This document shows, piece by piece, positions 37,765 through 46,505 of a DNA stretch of 64,000 nucleotides. The notes beneath the pieces are model-generated. The model ran no database searches. It worked only from the letters and a program-made list of their open reading frames with translations, and had not been told where the DNA came from. Source of the DNA: Thermoanaerobaculia bacterium (lineage in GTDB: Bacteria > Acidobacteriota > Thermoanaerobaculia > Multivoradales > UBA5704); the NCBI GenBank assembly GCA_044226625.1, contig JBGAGQ010000007.1, forward strand, positions 77,750-141,749. The letters run 5' to 3'. Positions within the stretch are counted from its first letter, which is position 1; the number at the start of each line of letters is the position of its first letter. Made by a program: the position numbers and the translations under genes.

Positions 37765-37814
37765 GCGTCCTCGGTACGAGCGCCTGGCGGTGGGCCAGGC
37801 GGGATCGCGGAGCC

Positions 37815-38585
37815 CTACAGCAGCTCGGCTTTACGAGCCCGACGCAGGACTTCCCCTCCCAGTTTGCCGTAGGCGGCGGCACCGGTCGACCACGACTCGT
37901 AGTCGAAGATGCTGCGGCCGTGGCCGGGAGCCTCGGCGAGGCGGACGTTGATCGGAATCTCCGTCTTGAGCACCTTGGAGCCGTACTTTTTGCGTAGCGT
38001 TTCGACTAGCTCCTCGGTGAGCTTCGTCCGGTGGTCGACCATGGTGAGGAGGATGCCGAGCAGCTGCCCTTTGCCCACCCGGTCGCGGTTCATCTCCAAG
38101 AGGTCGAAAAAGCCGCCGAGCGCGTCGGCGTCGAGGTGGTGCGGGGCGAGCGGCACCAGGTAGGCGTCGGATGCGGCGAGTCCGTTGACGGTGAGCACCG
38201 AAAGCCCCGGGGGGCAGTCGATCACGATCGCGTCGAACCGTCGCTTGATCGGCTGGAGCGCCTTCTTGAGCAGCTTCTCCGGTTCCTGCTTGCGCGCCAC
38301 CGCGAGGTCCAGCCCGGCCAGGGCGAGCGCGCCGGGGATCACCTGCACCCCCTCGACCGTCGACTCCCGGATCGCCTCGACCGCTTCGACCTTGCCGAGC
38401 AGCAGGTCGGCGGTCGACGGGTCAGCCTCGGCGCGGGGAACTCCCAGCGAGTAGCTCGCCGAGCCCTGCGGGTCGAGGTCGACGACCAGGGTCTTCAATC
38501 CCCCCCGGGCAAAGGCCGCCGCCAGGTTCACCGCCGTCGTGGTCTTGCCGACTCCTCCCTTGACGTTCACCAGAGCCAGATTCAT
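37815..38585 (-). CDS. ParA/Soj family ATPase (no parB nearby)
   Basis: KGGVGKTTTAVNLA, DLDPQGSAS, IDCPP, IPINVRLAEAP. Confidence 0.92.
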   Translation of the reverse strand: MNLALVNVKGGVGKTTTAVNLAAAFARGGLKTLVVDLDPQGSASYSLGVPRAEADPSTADLLLGKVEAVEAIRESTVEGVQVIPGALALAGLDLAVARKQEPEKLLKKALQPIKRRFDAIVIDCPPGLSVLTVNGLAASDAYLVPLAPHHLDADALGGFFDLLEMNRDRVGKGQLLGILLTMVDHRTKLTEELVETLRKKYGSKVLKTEIPINVRLAEAPGHGRSIFDYESWSTGAAAYGKLGGEVLRRARKAELL

Positions 38586-38705
38586 GGCGCCCTCCTCGTT
38601 TCAATCGATTCTACGAGAGTCTATCCGCCGGAAGGGGGCGAGCGCGAATCCTGTGCCGGGCTCGTCAAACGGTCGAAACCAAGCGCGATCAATGTGCGGA
38701 ACGCC

Positions 38706-38966
38706 TCACGCGGCCCGGCGGTGCCGCCGCCCAGCCTTCCGACCGCCCAACTTCGCGAAAGCGGGAGAAGCCGCCTGAATACGGTGCATCGCCTCGGGCG
38801 GGTATACCTTCTCGGCACACATGGGGCAAGCGTAGTAGGCCAGCGCCTTTACGCTGTACTTTTCTCCCTGAAAGGTCGAAGACCAATCCTGGCGGACCCG
38901 CTGAATTTCCGGACTGCCGCAATTCGGGCAGGTCGACACGGCCAATTCTTCTCTCGTTTGGGGCAT
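38706..38966 (-). CDS. YgiT/MqsA-type zinc-finger protein
   Basis: CPNCG ... CPMCAEKVY; no HTH domain. Confidence 0.8.
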   Translation of the reverse strand: MPQTREELAVSTCPNCGSPEIQRVRQDWSSTFQGEKYSVKALAYYACPMCAEKVYPPEAMHRIQAASPAFAKLGGRKAGRRHRRAA

Positions 38967-38967
38967 T

Positions 38968-39276
38968 TCAGTCAGACCTCTTCGAGGAGACTAGGAAGTA
39001 GAAGCGATCTTCGCCACCTTCCTGCACGAGTTTGCCTTTGGAGTAGATCATGAGTCCTTCGAGGTTCGTGGCCTGGATCACATAGAGATACTCGGTTCGG
39101 CGAGCGCGAAATTCGCTCTGAGATCGAAGTCGCTTATAGATCGCAACGGCATTCAAGATCGATTCCGCGACGTCGAGATCCGTGAGGCCGTCGACCTCCA
39201 TCTCGACTCGCGCTTTTTCGCTGAACGCAAACCGACCTGAGAGAACTGCGCGCTTGATCCGAACCAGGATCTCCAT
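38968..39276 (-). CDS. putative DUF4258/RelE-like toxin partner of the zinc-finger gene
   Basis: RIKRAVLSGRFAFSEKARVEMEVDGLTDLDVAESI; directly upstream of the Zn finger gene. Confidence 0.65.
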   Translation of the reverse strand: MEILVRIKRAVLSGRFAFSEKARVEMEVDGLTDLDVAESILNAVAIYKRLRSQSEFRARRTEYLYVIQATNLEGLMIYSKGKLVQEGGEDRFYFLVSSKRSD

Positions 39277-39381
39277 TCGGGAATGTTACCAGCGATGCTG
39301 GAAGTGGAGTGACCGCACCGGAACCGGGGCGCCTGCTGGCGCGCCCCGGCATTCCGGGCTGTCTTGCCGAGGAAACTCGCC

Positions 39382-39582
39382 TCAGGCCGAGGCGATCGAC
39401 CAGAGGAAGAGGAGCACTCCACAGCCGACCAGGAACGCCCCCGGGAACATGAAGACGATGAAGGCGAGAGGATGCGCCGAGCCGAGGGTGGCCGCCTGGA
39501 TGGCGAGGCCGGGGCCGATGAGCCAGGCGGCGCGTCGCAGGCGTCGGTCGATCTTCCGCGGAGCGACTTCGGCGGTCGTCAT
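39382..39582 (-). CDS. small two-TM membrane protein coupled to the NapC-like gene
   Basis: ATGA overlap with the tetraheme gene; two hydrophobic helices. Confidence 0.65.
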   Translation of the reverse strand: MTTAEVAPRKIDRRLRRAAWLIGPGLAIQAATLGSAHPLAFIVFMFPGAFLVGCGVLLFLWSIASA

Positions 39583-40184
39583 GGCGTCTCCTCCTTCCAA
39601 AGGGCGTGCTTGGCAAGGTTCGCCGCGTCGTGGATGTCGCTATGGCACTCGATGCAGGAGGTCTTGCCGGTAGCGAAATCCTCGAGCTGGTCCTCGTGCC
39701 CCCCGCTTTCGACATAACCGCGCGCTCCGGCATGACAGTGCAGGCACTCGCGGTTCTGGAACGGCTCGTAGAGCTCGATCTTCTTCGGGATCGTGCCCAG
39801 GTAGTTGATGTAGAGATGGCGTAGACCTCGGACCTTCGCCTTCATGCCCCCGAACATCGCGTAGTTCGTATGGCAGGTGTAACAGGCTTGATCGCGGGGG
39901 ATGCGCCGGTTCTGGTAATGCGCCGCCGGAACGAAATCGCCGCTATCGATCCGCAGGCTCTTTCCGTACGGCTCCATTACGTGGCACGAGAGACAGAACT
40001 GAGTCGACTTCGACCGGTCCAGGTGCTCCTCCAGCGCGAACGCCGACCCTAGGAGGGGCAGCAGGAAGAACGCCAGGAACGCCACGATCTTGCCGCCCCG
40101 AACTGCCGTCAGGTCGGGACGTAAAGCGAGGACCGCGACGAGGGCGATCGCGAAGACGATCAGTGAGATGACGGCCAATGCCAT
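39579..40184 (-). CDS. NapC/NirT/CymA-family membrane-anchored tetraheme cytochrome c
   Basis: N-terminal TM helices; CLSCHVM, CYTCH, CLHCH, CIECH. Confidence 0.88.
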   Translation of the reverse strand: MALAVISLIVFAIALVAVLALRPDLTAVRGGKIVAFLAFFLLPLLGSAFALEEHLDRSKSTQFCLSCHVMEPYGKSLRIDSGDFVPAAHYQNRRIPRDQACYTCHTNYAMFGGMKAKVRGLRHLYINYLGTIPKKIELYEPFQNRECLHCHAGARGYVESGGHEDQLEDFATGKTSCIECHSDIHDAANLAKHALWKEETP

Positions 40185-40217
40185 GGGATTTTCCCTCCCG
40201 TCGACGCGAGTGCGCCG

Positions 40218-40571
40218 TCATTTCGCCTTTTGGGTCGCCAACCAGTCGAGGATCGCCTTGATTTCTTCGTCTGTTCCCTTAAACTCTTTACCGTGCTTCT
40301 TCCCATCCTTGTTGGGCTCCAGCTTGCGGACGAACCGGGTGAGCCGCGCCTCGTCGGCGACGGTCACCGTGCCCGTGAGGTCCGGGGCCTTCACCTTTTC
40401 ACTGGTCTTCGCCACGCCCGCGGACGACACGCCGTGACACAGGTTGCACTTCTGGGCGATGAAGACCTCCTTCCCATCGAGAGCGTGCGCGGAAGACGCC
40501 GCCAGGAAGCTGAGGGCGGCGCCCGCGAGCGCCAAGCCGAGGGTTCGTGCGGTGCTAGCTGGTGTCTGCAT
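40218..40571 (-). CDS. periplasmic monoheme cytochrome c
   Basis: Signal peptide (AHA-LD); a single CNLCH; a distal His (KKHGK) and no Met in the mature chain. Confidence 0.88.
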   Translation of the reverse strand: MQTPASTARTLGLALAGAALSFLAASSAHALDGKEVFIAQKCNLCHGVSSAGVAKTSEKVKAPDLTGTVTVADEARLTRFVRKLEPNKDGKKHGKEFKGTDEEIKAILDWLATQKAK

Positions 40572-40833
40572 GATCCGGTCTCCTCCTTCTTGTAGGACGG
40601 CTGAAGTCTAACGCCGCGATCGGCGCGCCGAAACCGGGACGAATCGGCCGGGCGCCGAGTCTACCCCGTGGCGAGACGCCGCATGGCCAGCCCTACCTTG
40701 GGGGGTGGGGCCGAGGCCACCTGCCAAGGGTGCGACATTCGGAACACGTCTTGAGACATTGTGCGCGTCGTTCTTTCCTCGAGTTGGCTTCACCAGTGAA
40801 CCGGGACCTACCCCGGTCGGAGGGGATCACGGT

Positions 40834-41808
40834 ATGAATCCCAGACTTCGAGTTACGCTCCTTTCACTCGCCGGCATCCTTGCGGCAAGCGGCGCAGTCC
40901 ATGCGCTCGGCTTCGCACTGATCCCCGGGCACGGCTCCGACGCTCCCGCGCAACGGACCCTGGCCGAGCCGGCGACCACCGCACCGGCGGGTTCGGGATA
41001 CGCCGGCAACGAGGCATGCATCGGCTGCCACGGGGACCAGGCGGATCACATCGCCAACACCCCGCACGGCCGGGCCGGCTTCCAGAAGCTCTCGTCGCTC
41101 GGCTGCGAGACCTGCCATGGGCCGGGCAACGCCCACGCGGAATCGCCCGACGATCCCGCCCTCTTTCCAAAGCTAGAGAAATTGCCGGCCGCTCAAGCCT
41201 CCGCCGTTTGCCAGGGCTGCCACTCGGGCGGCAAACAGTTCTTCTGGCACAACGGGCGCCACGAGGCGCGCGGCCTGTCGTGCATCTCCTGCCATAGCGT
41301 CCACTCGCCGAAATCGGAGAAGGCGCAGCTCAAGCAGGCGTCGGTGACCGAGCAGTGCTTCTCCTGCCACAAAGACGTGCGGGCCGACACGTACAAGACT
41401 TCGCACCACCCGATCCGCGAAGGAAAGATCTCCTGCGTCGACTGCCACAACCCGCACGGCAGCCAGTCGCCGAAGATGATCGAAGCGGAATCGGTCAACG
41501 AACAGTGCTACGCCTGCCATACCGAGAAGCGCGGACCGTTCCTCTGGGAGCATCCGCCGGTACGGGAGAACTGCCTCAACTGCCACTCGCCGCACGGATC
41601 GAACCATCTGAAGCTTCAGAAGACCTCGGTTCCTTACATCTGCCAGCAGTGCCACGCCAACACCCGGCACCCCGGCACGCTCTACGACGCCACCACCCTG
41701 GGCGACGGCGCGCGGGCGAGCAACCGAATCTTCAACCGTGCCTGCCTCGACTGCCACGCTTCGATCCATGGCAGCAACAACCCATCCAGCCCGTATCTCG
41801 GCCATTGA
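40834..41808 (+). CDS. decaheme cytochrome c, DmsE/MtrA/PioA/MtoA family
   Basis: Ten CxxCH motifs counted; CVDCHNPHGS, EKRGPFLWEHPPVRENCLNCHSPHGS, IHGSN. Confidence 0.93.
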   Translation: MNPRLRVTLLSLAGILAASGAVHALGFALIPGHGSDAPAQRTLAEPATTAPAGSGYAGNEACIGCHGDQADHIANTPHGRAGFQKLSSLGCETCHGPGNAHAESPDDPALFPKLEKLPAAQASAVCQGCHSGGKQFFWHNGRHEARGLSCISCHSVHSPKSEKAQLKQASVTEQCFSCHKDVRADTYKTSHHPIREGKISCVDCHNPHGSQSPKMIEAESVNEQCYACHTEKRGPFLWEHPPVRENCLNCHSPHGSNHLKLQKTSVPYICQQCHANTRHPGTLYDATTLGDGARASNRIFNRACLDCHASIHGSNNPSSPYLGH

Positions 41809-41835
41809 CCCGAACGTCTTTACCGGAGCGAGAAG

Positions 41836-44109
41836 ATGAGAACTCAACGGAAAGTCTCCCTTCCGATCCTGCCGCTGGTGCTGCTGCTCGCACCTCTCGG
41901 CCCTCTATATGCCGATAGCGGCGGCTCGGGACAAGGCCCCTTCAGCTTCCACTTGGACCCCGTGGTCCTCGAGTACCTGAGCCTCGACCAGGACACGAAC
42001 TCGTCGAAGTTCCAGGAGTATCGAGACCTCGACAGCGGCTTCCGCATCCCCCTGCTCAAGGCGTGGGGCGAGAGCGCCGACGGCAACCGGACGATCGATT
42101 TCACCGCCCAGAACGTCTGGCGTGACGACGCCCGCCTCGGCCTCGATTACGCGGTGGCCGGCAAGTACGGCGTGTCGTTCTCGTACGACAAGATCCCGCA
42201 CCGTTTCGGCAACGACGCCACGTCCCTCTGGACGCGCACGGCGGCCGGCCGGTTCGAGATCGACGACTCGATCCAGCGCGCGAACCAGACGGCTCTCGCC
42301 GCCCAGTTCGCGGCGAACCGAGCGCTGATTACCTTCCCCTTCCTGAACAACCTTCTCGCTCCCGAGCTGGCCGCCGCCCGCAAGATCGACGTCTCGCTCG
42401 AACGGGAGCGCTCCCGGATCGACTTCGACCTCGGCACGTTGAAGGGTCTGTCCTGGGACATCTCGCTGTTCAACGAGAAGCGGACCGGTCTACGGCCTTA
42501 CGGCGCCGCGTTCGGATTCAGCAACTCGACCGAGATCGTCGAGCCGATCGACTACGACACCTCCGAGGTGACGGCGCGTGGCGAATGGGCCGGCAAGAAC
42601 GGCGGTCTGGTTTTCGGCTTCCGCTCGTCGCGCTTCGAGAACTCGATCAAGAGCGTCACCTGGGACAACCCCTTCCGCATCACCGACGCGACCGATCCTT
42701 CCGCCTACACCGCCCCAGGCAGCGGCTCGATCAACGGTCCGGCGATCGGAAGGAACGCGTTGGCCCCCGACAACAAAGCCGGGAGCTTCTTCCTGGACGG
42801 CCGCTGGCGCTTCAGCAGCGGCTGGTGGGCGAACGGCAGCGCCAGCAAGACCCGGATGACCCAGGACGAGGCGTTGCTCGCCTACACGACGAACACCGCG
42901 ATCAACACCCGCGGCGGCGCGCCGTTCGACGCGACGTTGCGGTCGAACCTCCCCCAGCAGACGGCGGATCGGACGGCGGACGTCACCACGTTCTCCGCCA
43001 ACGCGGGCGGCAAGTTCGCGAACGTCTTCGGCCTCACGTTCCGGCTCAAGTCGTACGAGTACAAGGACGATAGCGATCGGATCACGATCCCCGGCTACGC
43101 CCGATTCGACGCGGCCTGGATCGCCACCGGCCGGATCACCGTGCCGCCGCAGTTCAAGCGGACCGATTTCGGCAGCGAGCTCACCTGGGACGTCGCGCCC
43201 TCGACCAGCCTCGGTCTGTCGTGGAACCGTCAGACCTGGGATCGGAAACGCCGTGAAGTGGAAAAGACCGACGAGGACGTCTTCAAGCTGACCGCCGACT
43301 CGCGGGCGTGGAAAAACGTCACCCTGCGCGCGGCGCTCGAGCACGGCGACAAGTCGATCGGCCACTACGACGTCGAGGCCGCCGAAGACAGCTTCGTGAT
43401 CTCGACGGGCGCCACCAACCTGCCCGATCTCCGCAAGTTCGACGAGGCGGCGCGGACCTACGATGCTTGGAGAATCGGCGCCGACTTCGTGGTAGGCGAG
43501 GCTTGGTCGTTCAACCTCGGCACGACGGGACGGAAGGACGACTACGACAAGAGCGCGTTCGGCTTGATCTCGGACGACACGCAGCACTTCGACTTCGAGC
43601 TCGGCTACACGCCGAACGACAAGTTGGACGTCTACCTGTTCGGCGACCGGTCGGACCGCAAGACCTTCCAGAAGTCGCGGCAGTCCGGGGCGACCCCCTC
43701 GACCAACCCGCTCGACAGCTGGCAGGCCGAGTTCAAGGAAGTCAACGACACGTGGGGTCTCGGTTGGAACCAGACCTACACCGCGCAGTGGAAGAGCTCG
43801 GTCGAAGGCCGCTGGTCCAAGTCCGACGGCAAGGCCGACCTGTTCAGCCCTCCCGGTGGAACGCCGGACCGCGCGGTCGGTTTCGACAACTACGAGGACA
43901 TCGAGCTGTTCTCGATCTCGGGCAAGCTCGATTTCACGCTCAACAAGAACGTCGGTTTCGGGCTGTGGTACCTCTACGAGGACTACACGATCGACAGCTT
44001 CATCCGCCAGGGACTGCAGAACTACCTGCCGGGCTCGCTGCTCCTGAACGCCGACAACGGCGACTACAACGCGAACCTCTTCGCGGGCTACGTCCGGTTG
44101 AGCCTCTAA
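41836..44109 (+). CDS. MtrB/PioB family outer-membrane beta-barrel porin
   Basis: Signal peptide; SSKFQEYRD, EPIDYDT, SVTWDNPF, PDN, LRKFDEAAR; follows the decaheme gene. Confidence 0.88.
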   Translation: MRTQRKVSLPILPLVLLLAPLGPLYADSGGSGQGPFSFHLDPVVLEYLSLDQDTNSSKFQEYRDLDSGFRIPLLKAWGESADGNRTIDFTAQNVWRDDARLGLDYAVAGKYGVSFSYDKIPHRFGNDATSLWTRTAAGRFEIDDSIQRANQTALAAQFAANRALITFPFLNNLLAPELAAARKIDVSLERERSRIDFDLGTLKGLSWDISLFNEKRTGLRPYGAAFGFSNSTEIVEPIDYDTSEVTARGEWAGKNGGLVFGFRSSRFENSIKSVTWDNPFRITDATDPSAYTAPGSGSINGPAIGRNALAPDNKAGSFFLDGRWRFSSGWWANGSASKTRMTQDEALLAYTTNTAINTRGGAPFDATLRSNLPQQTADRTADVTTFSANAGGKFANVFGLTFRLKSYEYKDDSDRITIPGYARFDAAWIATGRITVPPQFKRTDFGSELTWDVAPSTSLGLSWNRQTWDRKRREVEKTDEDVFKLTADSRAWKNVTLRAALEHGDKSIGHYDVEAAEDSFVISTGATNLPDLRKFDEAARTYDAWRIGADFVVGEAWSFNLGTTGRKDDYDKSAFGLISDDTQHFDFELGYTPNDKLDVYLFGDRSDRKTFQKSRQSGATPSTNPLDSWQAEFKEVNDTWGLGWNQTYTAQWKSSVEGRWSKSDGKADLFSPPGGTPDRAVGFDNYEDIELFSISGKLDFTLNKNVGFGLWYLYEDYTIDSFIRQGLQNYLPGSLLLNADNGDYNANLFAGYVRLSL

Positions 44110-44162
44110 GAAGCAATCTCCCCTGCCCGGGTGCGGACGGCGCCCGGGCCTGAACCAAATCC

Positions 44163-44193
44163 CGGGGCGGAGCAATCCGCCCCGCTTTTTTTT
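44163..44193 (+). terminator. rho-independent terminator after the porin gene
   Basis: CGGGGCGGA-GCAA-TCCGCCCCG followed by eight T residues. Confidence 0.88.
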
Positions 44194-44336
44194 GGCGAGA
44201 AGGTCCGACGGGATCGAGGGCTGAGAGGGCGAGGGACCGCCGCGCGGCGGGAGGAGGGACGGCGACGGCGGGTCCGCTCGAACCGTATACCTGACGAATC
44301 CACCACCGCCAAGAGAACCGAAGCCCCTTGCCCGCG

Positions 44337-45044
44337 ATGGGAACTCTTCAAATCCTGCGCCGTTTCGGCGAGCCGCTGCTCGACGACATCCTCGCCGGCC
44401 GCAGGCTCGCGCGGACCGCAGCTCGACTCGTCGTGACGATGGCGCTCGGAGCCGCGATCTACGGCGCGGTCTTCGGCTCTTGGCACGGCTCGCTCCTGGC
44501 GCTCTACGTCGCGGCGAAGTTCCCGCTCGTCCTGCTCGCCACGACCGCGGTCACTCTGCTCTTCAGTTGGATCGCCGCGCGCCTGCTCGGCCTGCCGCTT
44601 TCGCTGGCGCAGGCCGCCGTCCTCACCCTTCTCTCGCTCACCGTCGCGAGCCTCGTGCTCGCCGCTCTCGCGCCGGTGGCCGCCCTGTTCGTCTACGGTT
44701 CGCCGCGGCCGACGCCGGAGGCGCGCACCGCCCATAACGTGCTCTACCTGATGCACACCTTTCTGGTCGGCCTGGCCGGCATCGCGGGTACCCGGGCCCT
44801 CTGGAGCGCGCTCTCCCGCCTCGCGGCCCCTCGCTCGACGCTACGCGCCGCCTACGCCCTTTGGTTGTTCGTCTTCGCGCTCGTCGGCGGCGAGATCGCC
44901 TGGGCGATGCGGCCTTTCGTCGGCAGCGTCTACGCCCCGGTAACCTTCCTGCGCGAGCGTCCGCTCGACGGCAACGTCTACGAATTCGTGGTCACCGACG
45001 TGATCCCCCACCTCTTCGACCGCCTTTTTCCCGACTTCGACTGA
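44337..45044 (+). CDS. multi-pass membrane protein of unknown function
   Basis: About five TM segments; AIYGAVFG...AAKFP...WAMRPFVG. Confidence 0.7.
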   Translation: MGTLQILRRFGEPLLDDILAGRRLARTAARLVVTMALGAAIYGAVFGSWHGSLLALYVAAKFPLVLLATTAVTLLFSWIAARLLGLPLSLAQAAVLTLLSLTVASLVLAALAPVAALFVYGSPRPTPEARTAHNVLYLMHTFLVGLAGIAGTRALWSALSRLAAPRSTLRAAYALWLFVFALVGGEIAWAMRPFVGSVYAPVTFLRERPLDGNVYEFVVTDVIPHLFDRLFPDFD

Positions 45045-45064
45045 TCCAGGAGCCGAGAATCGCC

Positions 45065-45898
45065 ATGACCGAAACGACCGAAGTTTCGCCCCTTCCCGCT
45101 CCCCGAGGGCTCGGCGCCTGCCACGAGCTGTTGACCGATCCGCTCGCCCCGGTTCGCCGCGCGGTCGCCGGGCGTCCAACCTCGGATGTGGCTCTCGCCC
45201 TCTGCGGCTTCCTGGGCTTCGCGGCGTACGGCGCCGCGGCAGGCCTGTTCCAAGGGGGAGCCCAGGTGGCGATCGCCGCCTGGAAAGCGCCGGCGATCGC
45301 CGCGCTCACGACCCTGCTCTGCGTTCCGAGCCTTTATGTGTTCGGGGCGCTCGGCGGCGCGCGCTGGACGGTCCCGGCGTTCCGCGCGACCGTCTTCGGG
45401 CTCCTCGGCACGCTCGGCATGCTTCTCGGGGGCCTGCTGCCGATCGCCTGGCTGTTCTCCTCGTCCAGCCGCTACCTGGGCACGGTGGTCTGGATCCACG
45501 TCCTGCTCTGGATCGTCGCCCTGGGACTCGCCTTCCGCTTCCTGACCGGCGCGTTCCGAGAGTTGGGAGCCCGCGGCGGCTCGTTCCTCTGGATCCTCCT
45601 CTTCACCCTCGTGTCCTTCCAGTCGGCCACCCTCCTGCGGCCGATCCTCTGGCGCCCGGCCGGGGCTCCGGTCTTGCGTCTGGACGAGAAGAAGAGCTTT
45701 TTCGAGAACCTCGGCGATGCGTTCCGAGTCAAACCTCTCGAAACCCAACCTACCCGGTCCGAAGCGATCGAGCCCCGATCCGTCGGATCCAAGCCGACCC
45801 CGGTTCGGACTCCGGTACCTGGCCGGGGGCTAGGCGACCCGCCTCATCCGCCAGCAACTACGGAACCATCCCCCGAGCACACCGCGCCTCAGCGCTGA
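45065..45898 (+). CDS. multi-pass membrane protein, probable paralog of the upstream gene
   Basis: AAYGAAAG...AWKAP...CVPSLYVF...LLRPIL; RBS GGAG upstream. Confidence 0.7.
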   Translation: MTETTEVSPLPAPRGLGACHELLTDPLAPVRRAVAGRPTSDVALALCGFLGFAAYGAAAGLFQGGAQVAIAAWKAPAIAALTTLLCVPSLYVFGALGGARWTVPAFRATVFGLLGTLGMLLGGLLPIAWLFSSSSRYLGTVVWIHVLLWIVALGLAFRFLTGAFRELGARGGSFLWILLFTLVSFQSATLLRPILWRPAGAPVLRLDEKKSFFENLGDAFRVKPLETQPTRSEAIEPRSVGSKPTPVRTPVPGRGLGDPPHPPATTEPSPEHTAPQR

Positions 45899-45911
45899 CA
45901 GCGGGCCCGCT

Positions 45912-46346
45912 TCAGCCGCCGTGCGCCTTGATCGGCTTGCCGAGCATCCGGCGCACCGAATCGAGCACGTCGACGTCCTTCTCCCGCTCGACCCGACCTT
46001 CGACGATCTTGAGCCGGCTGTCGAGATTTCGGTAGTACGGCTCGATCCAACCTTTCACCTGATCGAAAACCAGGGTCGCCTCGCTCTGGAACCTCTCGAC
46101 GCGGTCATAGAGGCTCACCGAGCCTTCGGCGATCAAGTGGACGTCGCTCCTCAGCCCCTCGATCAGGACGTTCGTGTGGCGAATCGCGGTCTCCAATCCT
46201 TCGAGGCGGCTTTCCACCGTTTCGAAACGTTGGTCGATCCGTTCGAAGCGTTGGTCGACCTGTTCGAAACGTTGGTCGATCCGCTCGAACCGTTGGTCGA
46301 TCCGTTCGAAGCGGGCGTCGAGGTAGGCGATCAGTTCGGTGTCCAT
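45912..46346 (-). CDS. small coiled-coil protein with RFERIDQ heptad repeats
   Basis: RFERIDQ-RFERIDQ-RFEQVDQ-RFERIDQ-RFETVE. Confidence 0.75.
   Translation of the reverse strand: MDTELIAYLDARFERIDQRFERIDQRFEQVDQRFERIDQRFETVESRLEGLETAIRHTNVLIEGLRSDVHLIAEGSVSLYDRVERFQSEATLVFDQVKGWIEPYYRNLDSRLKIVEGRVEREKDVDVLDSVRRMLGKPIKAHGG
46221..46313. repeat. 21-bp coding tandem repeat, about 4.4 copies
   Basis: Unit TTCGAAACGTTGGTCGATCCG at 46221, 46242, 46263, 46284, partial copy at 46305. Confidence 0.9.
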
Positions 46347-46505
46347 ACAGGTCTCCGGAGAGGCTTCCGATCCTACCCTCCTTCTCGAGCGGAGATCCAG
46401 TCGCCGAGGGTCCGGTGGCGTCCCGTCTTGAGATGGGCAAACCGCCGGCAGCCCTCAACACGGCGGCGGCGAAGGGCCGGTCGCCCTCCCCTCCGGAACG
46501 CCGTT

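Noticed and set aside
46221-46313. Possible CRISPR array
   Set aside because: Contiguous 21-bp units with no spacers, in frame within a coiled-coil gene; no cas genes in the window.
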